Source of the DNA: Laetmonice hystrix
Lineage: Eukaryota
Reading direction: 5' to 3'
NCBI GenBank assembly: GCA_965235115.1
Contig: OZ249445.1
Location: forward strand, 5,704,001 to 5,768,000
Length of the DNA: 64,000 nucleotides
The notes below the pieces were generated by a model. The model saw only the letters and a program-made list of their open reading frames with translations. It was not told where the DNA came from and did no database searches. The translations under genes and the position numbers were made by a program. Every line of letters starts with the position of its first letter. The first letter of the stretch is position 1. This document shows, in pieces, positions 1 to 11,404 of the stretch.

Positions 1-13
1 CCTGTTGTTCCAG

Positions 14-3000
14 CGGGTGTGCCTGCAGCGAGTGCTCACGTGTCTCTTCAAGGAGGCCATCAACCCGGAGATGATCCCCTTCCTCCTGCCAAACGTCCTC
101 CTGATTGCCGAGCAGGCCACCAATGAGGAGTACTCACAGCTCATCCTGCCAGGACTTGTTCCCATCTTCAAGATGACAGAACCTATACAGGTGAGTGAAA
201 GGGTTCACACATTCCAAACATTTAGAGCAATTTCTTTCAAACTTGGTGACGAGAGAGGGCATCTGAGGGACAATAAGCGTGCCAATTTATTTTAAGTTCA
301 GATTAAATATAATTGAACAAGGTAACCATATACTTTCTATAAACTAAGATTAGAAAGTTATATTAAGTTTCAATTGTCGCTATTTCCGTTTACATTGAAT
401 GACCTTGTGAGGTAAATCAATTTAAGGTTGGGACGTTTCGATGATTCATATCGCAAAAGCACTTCAAGATAACCACTTACTGCGACTATTGGATGAAGAC
501 ATATATAAGTTTCTTTGTGACTCATGTATTACGGATGTTCTCACATGGACTGTATCTCTAAAAAAGTAGGTCTATACATAGTTCCTGGACCCACAGATAA
601 TTAATAATTATCTGTGGGTCCAGGAACTATTACCCCGGTAGTCCCTACCCAGTTGGGGCTGTGACTCCGACGGGGTCTTTTGTTTACATTTTTTTGAATA
701 CATTTTGATGCTCACACATCAGGGAATAAAAGGAGAGATTCACATCACCACATCATCAAAAATGATACCTGAGATGGTGTTGGTGTGAAAAAAGGTGTTA
801 CCAGGTTGTGGAGGTGCTATAATGATGTATTCAAAGTGTCCTCTACACTGAGTGTTGTGAAATGCTCTGTTTATGGCACAAGGTAAAACCTGACCAAAAA
901 GTCTCAATCTCGTAACTTACTTGTTCAAAGTTCAGTATTTTATTTTGACCACCATATCAATGTTGATCCGAGACATAAATTGACCACCTAAGGTCTGATT
1001 CCTTGGAGTCGAGAAAAGTGTTCATCCCCTGCGTCCTTGTATTAGTCTGGTATCTTACAGATACAGGGATCACTTTAAGCCGTGCCATTGCACCAATGGC
1101 ACATTAAAATATAAAATGGCACATACTTCTCGTCAACCTGTGCCCATAGGCCTACATGTGGGCTAGTTGTAACCTATCACTGCCTTGCTATTGGTCCTGT
1201 AGTTGGATGCTTCTTGAAGCTGAAGGTGGTCTAAGGTCAGCAGGCCCCTATCCAATTTTTCATAAAAAAGTAATTTCCTCCAAGGGCACATACTTTTATC
1301 ACTGGTGTGCCCAAAGGCACAGAAAATTGTTCCCACGGTTATCCCAGAGATAGGACCGTGTCAGTGTTGTCCTTGTCCTGACCCATGCCTGTATAATTCT
1401 CCAACCTCCTGACAAGACTTTTAGCACTGACTGGGTTTGGACCTCACTGCCACAGACTTTGGCCTGTCGCCAAGGCCGTAGAGTTGGTGCGTGTAGTCGT
1501 GGTACCGGGAGATGAGGCCGTCTCCTTTGGCCTCTCTCCTCCGGTTGTAAATAAAGTACCAGATGTAGACGGTGACGATGGTTACCACCAAGAACACACA
1601 GGCTCCGATGGCGACCAGATCCTTGTCAGAGAGATGGATCCTGTTGTGTGGTGGTAGGGCAGGGGGCCGAGCAGAAACCTGTAATATGGCATAGACTGAA
1701 GTCACAACTGTAAATGGTGGGGATGATCCAGTGGGGACCTTGAACAAGGGATTAGTAACTGTTGTTTGTAAGACTATTCTGATACAAGAAGAGTCAGGCT
1801 GGGGTCATAATATTTTATTATAATCAGCATCTGTATCATTAGAACGTAGAGTAAGTGGCGATATCAAGGTACGTCCCTGTGGACAATATGGTGTTGAAAC
1901 CTCCTGAAGGATGTCTTGGAGAAAATCATACAGCACTTACACTTACCCCTACCGTACTCCGTGTAGAGCTCATCTTTACAGCGCTGATCCCCGGAACAAT
2001 GTGATCTAGTGTCTGTTGCATAGGGTTTCCGCCATGAATGTTTAAATCAAACGCAGACCCATTGTTATTGGCAAGTGAAATCCTGTAGGCCTGCTTGGTG
2101 ACTGCTTAGTTTGTTACTGGGACGATGAGGGAAGGAGATTGTTTCCGTCACCAGGAGGCGATGGGTGGTCCGTGCTGCCACCTGGCGGCAAACTTGAGTG
2201 TAACGACGCAGGTAAAAGGTGAAGCAATCGAAGAAGGAGGGTGATCCTGGTTGCCACCTGGTGAGCCTGTGAGAGGGTGATCCGGGCTGCCACCTGGTGA
2301 GCCAACAGGAGGGTGATCCGGGCTGCCACCTGGTGAGCTAGTGGGAGGGTGATACGGGCTGCCACCTGGTGAGCTAGTGGGAGGGTGATCCGGGCTGCCA
2401 CCTGGTGAGCTAGTGGGAGGGTGATCCGGGCTGCCACCTGGTGAGCTAGTGGGAGGGTGATCCGGGCTGCCACCTGACCCCAGTTGGTTAAAATCGTGGT
2501 TAACTCTAACTTTAACCAAAATTGGTTAATTCTCTGTTTCCTGATTGGTTAATTTCTGGTTAAAATTCATCTTAACCAACTTAGTTAACTTAACCACTTT
2601 TTTCTTGAAACTGGGGCCGGTGAGCCAAGGGGAGGGTGATCCGGGCTGCCACCTGGTGAGCCAAGGGGAGGGTGATCCGGGCTGCCACCTGGTGAGCCAA
2701 GGGGAGGGTGATCCGGGCTGCCACCTGGTGAGCCAACGGGAGGGTGATCCGGGCTGCCACCTGGTGAGTCAACAGGAAGCTGGTCCGTGCTGCTACCTGG
2801 TGAGCCACCTGAAACTCGAGATGTCAGAGTGTAAGAGCGCCGGCAGGGAGGGTGATATGTTTATTATAGAGAGCTGCATGCACACATCAGGTATTACCTG
2901 CAGCAGACCACAGGGAGCTACACCCCTCTTCAAAGAAAGTGATAATTAAAACTTCTATTATTGTTTTATTGTACATTGTTTGCAAGAAGGATGAAGCCTA

Positions 3001-6000
3001 TTGATATACCCTGTCTGGTTTTTGTTGTTTTTTTGGTTTTTTTTGCCTGTAAGGAAACATCTGAAAGATCTTTTGACCTCTGGTGATTTACTAGTAACAG
3101 ACTATACCCTGGTAGTGTGACCAACTGACTCCTAACAGTAGCAGTAACATAGCATTTAGGGTACCATCCATACCCAGGGCGGTGCTAACGTTATTCCCCG
3201 ATGGTAAGTTTATGGAGAAAGTTTAGGAGAAGGGGACTTGGCCCTCCTCTGGTCGTCAGTGGCTCTCACCAGCCGGCGGCACACGACAGGTGGTCACACA
3301 TCTGACCTTGCCTGACCTCAACCAACATGCCGGTGTCCCGTTCTCAGTTCTCAACCGGTGTAACAGATTTTTAAGTCCCACTGGAATGCAGGTCCAACGC
3401 CCCCCTGTGGACCTGCATTCCTACAGCTGATATAAATATATATCTTCGTGTATATTTCTCCGTAATTATAACATAAACAAAGGATTTCATCCCGCCAGAC
3501 TTATCTTTCTTTCCCTTGTGTCCCTGCTCCCTAGCAGGTTGGTTTCCCCACGTAAGACGCCACTGCCTTCATAGAAAACGTGTGTGGCACTTTGACTTCA
3601 TAACATCTGGATATCTGCTAGCTGATTGACAGGAGAGTTTTCTTGCAAACAAGGTCGAATCATTATAGAAATGAGTAGTCGGTCAGATATGGAGAACTTG
3701 GAGACGTGAAAGTTACTGGGAGAGATGTGACCAGGCCACCGGAAGGCAGTGAGTGATAGAACCGGACCTCAGTCGGCACTCCCTCTGTGTATCTAGGTAC
3801 CTCCATACATAACCTACTCGTTTCTGACAACCTTCGTTAGGATTCAGTAACCTTGCTGTATGTAATCCAACCGACACTGGTGGCAGATAAATAAATCTAA
3901 CTTACATTGGTCCGTAAAATCACACCTGTATAAACGATGACTGGCCTGTCATGTACTCCAGCTGAGACTAACCTAACCTCCCTTGCACAGGTGGGGGAAT
4001 AAGGGAGAATAATTAAACAATAATCCGCTGGTGCTCTCTGGAATAGAAACAGAGCTAAAGTTAAGTGGACAAATAGAGATGGCTCACGGGCAGGGTGGAG
4101 ATCGTGTTTCCGTAACGTCGGTTTTAGTTTCACGGTAATGATGTAAACTGTTGTCGTGGCGAGTCGACTGTTCACATTCTGCTTCACTGCCGCAGTACCA
4201 CCACCGGCCCCGGCCTGCCCCACTCACACTCACACACACTCACACACACTCACACACACTAAACAACTCGACTTTAGAATTGTTCACTGACCTTTGATCA
4301 GACCAAGCTCTGATCTCATCTCACACAGCCTTCGGTGGTCACAACAGGAAGAGAATCCCGGAACATCACCATGGCAACGCACCCGGTATAAACGGACGGA
4401 AATAATCACATTGAATCAGATAATCGGACAAAAATATTAATGATAAAGACATAGATAAGTCGCAAACAGGGTTCTTTTAGTCCCCCCCCCTTTTTTCCCC
4501 CTTTTTTTTTTGGGGGGGGGGGCACATTTTGAGTTAGAGTATTGTTCTTTTTTGTTCTTTTCAGTAATGTTTAAACAAATGAACTTGCAGGAATATCACA
4601 GAATACTCCCGATGTACTTGGGGAAAAAAGTACTACGGTAGCGTGATGATAGGTTGTGGGAGGCTATACGTGGCCCGCCAAACTGTCGGTGTTCATGTTT
4701 TCACGTCGCCTCACGTGTAGCCGGTGAATTAACCCTTGGTGGGATCATACAATTCTATCTTTATATGAAAGTGAGCCAGCTGCCGGTGGTTAGGTCGTTT
4801 GTGGTACGATAAACCAGCCAAGTCGTTGGTGCGTGTCCATAGTGTGTGGGTGTGTGTCATGACTTCACAGAGCCTCCCACCCCACCCCCAACCCATTTTT
4901 TCCGACTCCAGGCTATCTTCAGACTTGTTGCATGAATCGTGGGTGTAAAGGCCTGTTTGTGGATTCACTTCACTTCACCAGGTTCTGACATGTGGTGGCC
5001 AAACTTGACGTCTCTGTCCGATCTCGAGGTGAATTATATCCGTCCAAAGAAAACTCATAAATCCGCGTCGATAAATGTCACAAGTGAGACGACTATCCCA
5101 ATCGGAGCTACAGCGTTTGCTCGTAAACCTGCATGGCATAGTTTTGACATGAAGTTGATGAAGCGGTCCGCCATTGTGTTGGTGTTTTAAAAAGTTTGTT
5201 ATAAATGACCTAAAAGTAAGAATGTATAAAGTGAGGCATTTCCCAGTAGCCACAGTCCCCCTCCAGGGGTCGCCCCCCGCCTTGTCGTGAAGTTGGATAT
5301 CCGCCATTTTTGGTGTGTACAGGCCCAGGTTTTATTTCGGAAAATGCAGACCTTTTCCGCCTCTGACAGAAATCACCAAACAAAAATAGGGTCTTGAGGT
5401 TTTAACTAGAAAGCTTGCTTTAAAAGGTCCCGATTTAATATACTTACAAAAAAATAGTACTGATTTGAAAATTGTCCTAAAAATAGGGACCCTTTCCAGA
5501 AAACCGGGACCTTTGGGCCCAAGGGGGGGGGGGGGCTTCAGTGCCCCCCGCCCTGGTTACAGGCTTGATATATTATGTTACTGCGATGTTTACATCGGCG
5601 CATCAACCGTGGCTATCTGCGGCGTCTGCTGCCCTATTTTGGCAACTCGTTATAAAACACGAGTTGCGAAACTATGATGAGATCATATGCATTTCTTCAC
5701 AGCAGCGTCGTCATTGTTCAAACACAAAATAAAAGTGATAGAAAAAGGTGAACGGTTTTAGAGATACAGTAGTCACAATGGGAAATGAAATGAGAGTCAG
5801 CTAACCAGGTGTAGTTCGGTGTGCTGACGGTAGAAGGCAGCAAAGGACACCCTTTTCGTTTCACCAGATAAAGACAGATTTGGTATACAAGTAATGGTTC
5901 GATTCATGAAATCATACCTGAAGTTTTCATTTGCAGAAAACGGTAAAGCAACATATTTCTTGATATTTTTCAGATATCGCTGATTTTCCTCCAGAACATG

Positions 6001-9000
6001 AACCTCCTCCTGAGTAAAACTCCCCAAACTGAGATCCAGAACCATGTGTTACCCATGGTCTACAGGGCCCTGGAGTGTCCGATGGTACAGATACAGGTCA
6101 GTGGTAGATCCACAGGGTGAGGATCCATGGTCAGGGTGGTTTATGATTGGCCAGTAACTGGGTCCGGATTGGTGGCCAGGGAGGTTTATGATTGGCCAGT
6201 AACTGGGTCAGGTTTGGTGGCCAGGGTGGTTTATGATTGGCCAGTAACTGGGTCCGGATTGGTGGCCAGGGTGGTTTATGATTGACCAGTAACTGGGTCA
6301 GGATTGGTGGCCAGGGTGGTTTATGATTGGCCAGTAACTGGGTCAGGATTGGTGGCCAGTAACTAGGTCATGATTAGTGGCCAGGGTGGTTTATGATTGG
6401 CCAGTAACTGGGTCAGGATTGGTGGTTTCGTCAGTCGGGATGAAACCTTTAGAAACCATGGAGACAGGTGCCAATAGAATCTTGACCTGCCCCTTACCGG
6501 TGATTGCAGGAGTTGTGCCTGTCCATCATCCCAACCTTTGCCAGCCTGATCGATTATAGCGCAATGAAGAACGCCCTGGTCCCTCGGATCCGCAAAGTCT
6601 GCCTTGGTACCGCCTCCCTCAAGGTAAGCCGCAAGTAGTGTCTCACACTGCTCACACCCCTCAGTTACTGCTTTTGTTTTCTGTATGAAAGGTGGGGGGG
6701 GGGGGTTAAGAACTGCAGGAACCGAGCTGAACTCTAGAAGTGGACTTTCCAACTTGTGTTGTGTCCATGGTGTTTTGTTTGGACTAAGTTGTGGACGTGC
6801 TTTCAGACCCGAGTTAACAGTTTGGTGTGTCTGGGTAAGCTGCTTGAGTACATGGACAAGTGGTACGTCCTGGATGAGGTGTTTCCGATCCTCCAGGAGA
6901 TTCCGTCACCCGAACCTGCCGTCCTGATGAGTATACTCGGTAAGTATACCAGTACACCCACTCCGTCTGGGTACATGTACTCAGTCAGATCTAATACATT
7001 ATGGTGTATCTAGATGATCTAATACATTATGATGTATCTTTCACCGAAGGTATTTACAAGGTGACCATGTCACACAAGAAGTTGGGTATCACCAAGGAGA
7101 TTCTAGCAAATCGTATCCTTCCTTTTATCATCCCTCTGGCCGTCGACAACAACATCAACCTAAGACAGGTAAGATGGCTCTCCGCCAGGGGGCAGCACAC
7201 TGCACACCCTGGTGACAGGGTCGAGCATTATGTAGGTGTGAGTGGTGGCGCCCTCTTGTATAATTATGTGTAGGAACTTTGGTATGTCTTGGATCATGAT
7301 AAAATGTTTGTTACTGTTATCACTGTTAGACACTGTCAGACACTGACCCATTGTCTCAGACACTGGCCCATTGTCTCAGACACTGTGGCCCATTGTCTCA
7401 GACACCGACGCATTGTCTCGGACACTGTGATCCATTGTCTCAGACACTGGCCCATTGTCTCAGACACTGTGGCCCATTGTCTCAGACATTAGGACCCATT
7501 GTCTCAGACCTTGTGACCCGTTGTTTCAGTTCAATGCCTTCATGGCAGTGATCCACGAGATGGTGGAGAAGGTGGAGAGTGAGCACCGGACCAAACTGGA
7601 GCAGCTACACTCCATCCAGCAGGAGCAGCGTTCGCTCCAGTTCACCACTGAACCCGTCAAGGAGGCCAATGCGCTCGTCCCCGGTTTCAACTCGGAGAGT
7701 AAACAGGAAACTCTGGTAACTGTTTCCATTTCATCAGACATCCTCTGGTAACTGTTTCCGGTTGGTTAGATATCTTCTGGTAACTGTTTCCGGTTGGTCA
7801 GATATCTTCTGGTAACTGTTTCCGGTTGGTCAGATATCTTCTGGTAACTGTTTCCGGTTGGTCAGATATCTTCTGGTAACTGTTTCCATTTGGTCAGATA
7901 TCTTTGCCTAGAACGATACCAGTGGCGTTATAACATCACTAGGGGAATATGGGGCGAGTTCCGAAAGGAGAGCCCAATAAATGAGGCAGTACAAAGGGTT
8001 GCTTGGTTATATCGGGTGGATAAAAAAAAACGCCCCGAACTTTAAACTTTAATATCTCAAAAACTATGCATTATAATTCAATAAAATTTCTCTTAGTATC
8101 ACTTCATGATGTTATCTCTGGTATGTTAAAGTCTCAGGTCAATAGCTTTGATATTAATTCCGTGGCGCTAAAAACAAAAATCAGTGTCTAAAAATGCAAT
8201 GCCGGAATTAGGTCAAATATCATGCAGCTGCCAGGTGTTCAATTTGACAGCTGTTTGATGCACCGCATTGTACCTTGGGTAAAAAAATTCAATATTTAGT
8301 TTTTGCATGTTTTACAATATGTATAATGTTGTGGACCACTAGATATAATAAAATAATTATGTGCTATTCCTAGTACTTTTAGAGAAAACAGATGTTTAAG
8401 CCAAACCCTACAGAGAAACTGCAACATTAGGACGATATGCCTGTAACCAGAAGTTCAAGAGAAATCGTATTATTATCACGTTTAGCAACACGTTCAGAAC
8501 GTTGCGTATTTCCCAATGTTGGGAAGATATTTCCCTATCAGAGATCGGGAAGTGCACTGGCTCATGGAAAAAGAGACTGAGAGCAGTATGAAGTGAAAAC
8601 AGGGGACCGATTGACCACCTACTCTAGTGTGAGGCCAGGGACTCTGGGTGCGACTACAACTCGTTTTAGGCCGGCATTGTGCTTTTGTACAATGATTTTT
8701 GTTTTTAGCCCCACAGAAAGATTATCCAAGCTATTGAGTTGTAACGTTAACAACTAAGAGACAACATCATGAAGTGATACTAGGAAAAATTTCATTAAAT
8801 TACAATCATTACTTTTTGAGATATTGAAGTTTAAAGTTCGGGGCGTTTTTTTTTATCCACCCGATATATCATACGTTTTCCTGGACCTAACCCACAACAG
8901 GACCAGATACATGTTAGTTTCAGCCCAGTCACATGTCATAATCTTCCACTTTGTCTTATGTAATAAGGTATTTGGAATCTCTTCTTCCCCCGCAGATGGA

Positions 9001-10185
9001 TAAGTTTATGAGTGGCTTTGGAATGATGTCCTATTTCTCTGATGGGTCTTCATCCAAGTCAGAGGATGTTGCAAAGAGTGCCAAGTCAGTGCCACAATCG
9101 ACAGTGACCGTGACCGGGCCAGCGCCTACCCTCAACAACATCCCTCTCCCGGCCAGCTCTGATACACGCCTTCCGAACCAACCGGCCAAGGTACGCTCCG
9201 AGTCCACTCCATGGGAACGGGAAATCTTTTAAATGGGTGGGGAGTCTCCACGCTGAAGGTGGGAAAATACAGGGCGACATTTAGACTCGAGTTTTACCTG
9301 CTGCCATTTTAGATATCTGTTAAAATGTTCAGATAGAGCCTGATACAGAGAATTATGGAGGGAGGTGAAGGGTCACTGAAACCTCGGGCTCAGTTCTCGA
9401 TATGACCTCAGTGTGTTTCAGTTTGGTGTAAATTTCAGGTTAACTTATCGATGGCGGAGAAGCAGCGCCTAGCCCGCGAGGCTGAGAACCAGCAACGACT
9501 GAAGACCCAACAACCCCTTACGGTCAAACCCTCCTCAGCACCAGCGTCTAAATCAAGCATGAAGGACCTGTCGTCCACGTTGATGAATACACACATCATA
9601 GCGCCTCCAAAGAGCAGTGTCTCGTCCACGTCCGGTATGGGACTCGGGCACGGCGGGTTCCGACAGAGTAACTCGTCAACAGGAGGTGTCTTTTCCAGTG
9701 TGGGAGGTATGAACAGCAATGGGTCGTCCATCATGGCCGCCGGGATGTCTCAGGGTGGGCCGCCCACCCTGACACCTGGCGGCGGATTTGGAACAGCTGG
9801 GGCAGGATTCCAAACAGTGTCACAACCAAAGAAAAACATTGACCTCTCAGCCTTTGATAATCTACTGCCGTCCTCCACGCAGGGCAAAAAACCCATGAAT
9901 CAGATGATACAGCCACCTCAACCAATGGGAGGAGGGTTTGTAGGACAGCCAATAGGGGGAGGCTTTGGGATTCAGCCTCAACCAATGGGAATGGGTGGAA
10001 CAATGGGAGGCATGATGGTTAACCCGGGAATGATGGGTAACCCACGCATGCCGGGAGTTCAACCAATGGGAGGTGGGGCTTTCATTCAGCCGCAAGGCAT
10101 GATGGGCCAGGTGGGGGGCGGCATGCGGACGGGGGGCAACATTGGGGTGAAACCCAAATCAGATTTTGATGATTTATTTGGATAA
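14..10185 (+). CDS. SCYL2: SCY1-like pseudokinase 2 (CVAK104), 3' part; gene starts upstream of the window
   Basis: Phase-consistent GT-AG exons 14-190, 5974-6096, 6510-6623, 6807-6939, 7050-7168, 7530-7715, 8996-9190, 9439-10185 (TAA). Translation (QRVLTCLFKEAINPEMIPFLLPNVLLIAE; LLSKTPQTEIQNHVLPMVYRALE; RVNSLVCLGKLLEYMDKWYVLD; ESEHRTKLEQLH; LSMAEKQRLAREAENQQRLKTQQPL; Gly/Met/Gln-rich tail ending DFDDLFG) matches the SCYL2 HEAT region and C-terminus as recalled. Confidence 0.95.
578..630. repeat. Perfect 25-bp inverted repeat with 3-nt spacer
   Basis: atagttcctggacccacagataatt-aat-aattatctgtgggtccaggaactat. Confidence 0.9.
1421..1738 (-). CDS. Candidate terminal exon of a nested antisense type-I membrane protein (pseudo)gene in a SCYL2 intron
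   Basis: Acceptor cccttgttcaag|GTC; Ser/Pro/Thr-rich stalk, hydrophobic LVAIGACVFLVVTIVTVYIWYFIY, basic stop-transfer NRRRE, ~40-aa tail with YHDY and YGL, TAA at 1423-1421. Confidence 0.5.
   Translation of the reverse strand, partial: VPTGSSPPFTVVTSVYAILQVSARPPALPPHNRIHLSDKDLVAIGACVFLVVTIVTVYIWYFIYNRRREAKGDGLISRYHDYTHQLYGLGDRPKSVAVRSKPSQC
2148..2808 (-). repeat. 36-bp tandem repeat (~12 units) reading GGSPDHPPxxSP on the minus strand; probable mucin-like exon of the nested gene, interrupted by an insertion
   Basis: Unit GGTGGCAGCCCGGATCACCCTCCCNNNNGCTCACCA; acceptor tttcag| at 2809/2808 in phase 1; units at 2808-2619 and 2475-~2225. Confidence 0.85.
2476..2618. mobile_element. 143-bp AT-rich MITE-like insertion (Harbinger-like termini)
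   Basis: Termini GACCCCAGTT...AACTGGGGCC, internal CTGATTGGTT; removing 2476-2618 restores the repeat register gctgccacct|ggtgagcc exactly. No clean TSD. Confidence 0.65.
4365..4378. promoter_or_regulatory. RFX X-box-like motif
   Basis: ATCACCATGGCAAC, one mismatch from GTYRCC-AT-GGYAAC; lies upstream of the nested minus-strand candidate. Motif match only. Confidence 0.25.
6132..6426. repeat. 45-bp minisatellite (~6.5 copies) filling most of a SCYL2 intron
   Basis: Unit cagggtggtttatgattggccagtaactgggtcmggattggtggc. Confidence 0.92.
7326..7529. repeat. 21-22-bp degenerate minisatellite ending at a SCYL2 splice acceptor
   Basis: Unit gacactgtggcccattgtctca(g); last unit gacccgttgtttcag is the true acceptor. 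Confidence 0.85.
7705..7903. repeat. 32-bp minisatellite, 6 copies, built from a SCYL2 splice donor
   Basis: CTG|GTAACT with GT at 7716, 7748, 7780, 7812, 7844, 7876. Confidence 0.92.
8008..8868. mobile_element. Non-autonomous Tc1/mariner-like element (~860 bp)
   Basis: ~55-bp near-perfect TIRs TATATCGGGTGGATAAAAAAAA(A)CGCCCCGAACTTTAAACTTYAATATCTCAAAAA with TA at both ends; no transposase ORF. Confidence 0.8.
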
Positions 10186-10959
10186 GGCTGAAAATATCTG
10201 TGACCCTGTTTAAATTATTCTCATTTTGACTTGTTAAAATATGTAGCTCAAGTGGGACCAGAGTAGATGGGCGACATTCTGTGTGATAAACCTGACGTGG
10301 TATCGGTGACCAAACTGTGGAAGTGCTGGTTCATCCTGTGGGTACTTATGTGTGAATGACTGATACTGTGTGACAGATGTTGTAACTGTTCTGAGGACAT
10401 TGGGACATGAAACTCCAGCAAAGTGATCACCTGGAAGTCACGTCAGTTTGGGGTAGCCCCTCAATTGGCCCCTGAGATTTAATAACCATATTTGGCCGTC
10501 TTGCATAAGGTAATTATTTCACTTTCATTCCATAACAGCTTTATGAATTTGCTAATATTATATGTATAGGATATTTATTAATTAATAGTATACAAATTTT
10601 GTCGAGACAATGAGGTGTGTAATGTGAAGTATTGGTCATTTAGTTAGTTATTAATGTGTCATTCAAAGAGGCGGGGGGGGGGCACTGTGGCTGAGACGTT
10701 TTACCCTCCACAGGGAGGGAGGGTCCCACCCTAGGATAATCTGCTGCCATTAAAAACGGGTGTCGTGGGGATATCCGTGAGACCGTACCTGTACGTTTGT
10801 ATTTGTGTATATAGCACAGCCACTTGTTTCTCATTCCGTAACGCCAGGCCCCGGTCCTTAGTTATCATAACTCTCAAGACTAAAGAGTCAAAACCTGGTT
10901 GATATTCTGATTGGCTGGTAAACCATCCAATCAGAAGCCGTGAAGGTGATGGGTTTTAA

Positions 10960-11227
10960 AGTTACCCCGAAAATTCCTCAGATACTTTAACTTACCTTCG
11001 AACCCCAGGCCATGTTAAAATTTCAGGGTCAATAGATGAGCGAAAGTATGTTAAAAGCGGATTACCGCTAGTTCCTAGCCCGCGCTGGCTTGAGAAAATA
11101 GTGGCCGGCCGGCAGGGTAACTCAGAAACCTAACATAACTCATGTTTCGCTTATCGCTCGAACCTGAAATTTTAAATGGTGTCCCTGGGGTTCAGCGGTA
11201 AGTATTTGAGGAATCTTTGGTGCCACT
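10960..11227. mobile_element. Kolobok-like MITE
   Basis: TTAA on both flanks (10956-10959, 11228-11231), AG...CT termini, ~90-bp imperfect TIRs (ATTCCTCARATACT..GAACCCCAGG..AAAATTTCAGG). Confidence 0.65.
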
Positions 11228-11278
11228 TTAAGGCCCGTTTCGTAAACAAACCGGGGCGAGGTGTGTTGAAATGAGCAG

Positions 11279-11404
11279 GGCCCGGTTCACAAACAAAGTC
11301 AAGTCAATTTTAATTGACTTGAAGTCAATTTTACTTGAATCTGATTGGTTAAAATGGATTTCAAGTTAATTAAAATTGACTTGACTGTGTTTGTGAACCG
11401 GGCC
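11279..11404. mobile_element. PIF/Harbinger-like MITE (126 bp)
   Basis: TIR GGCCCGGTTCACAAACA(A/C)AGTCAAGTCAATTTTAATT; 3-bp TSD CAG at 11276-11278 and 11405-11407; central CTGATTGGTT. Confidence 0.8.

Noticed and set aside
5797-6752. Minus-strand ORFs 5797-6045 and 6363-6752 as part of the nested gene
   Set aside because: They are antisense shadows of SCYL2 exons 5974-6096 and 6510-6623.
8008-8868. Autonomous transposon
   Set aside because: No transposase-length ORF inside; no transposase, reverse transcriptase or Rep-helicase motif was recognised anywhere in the window.
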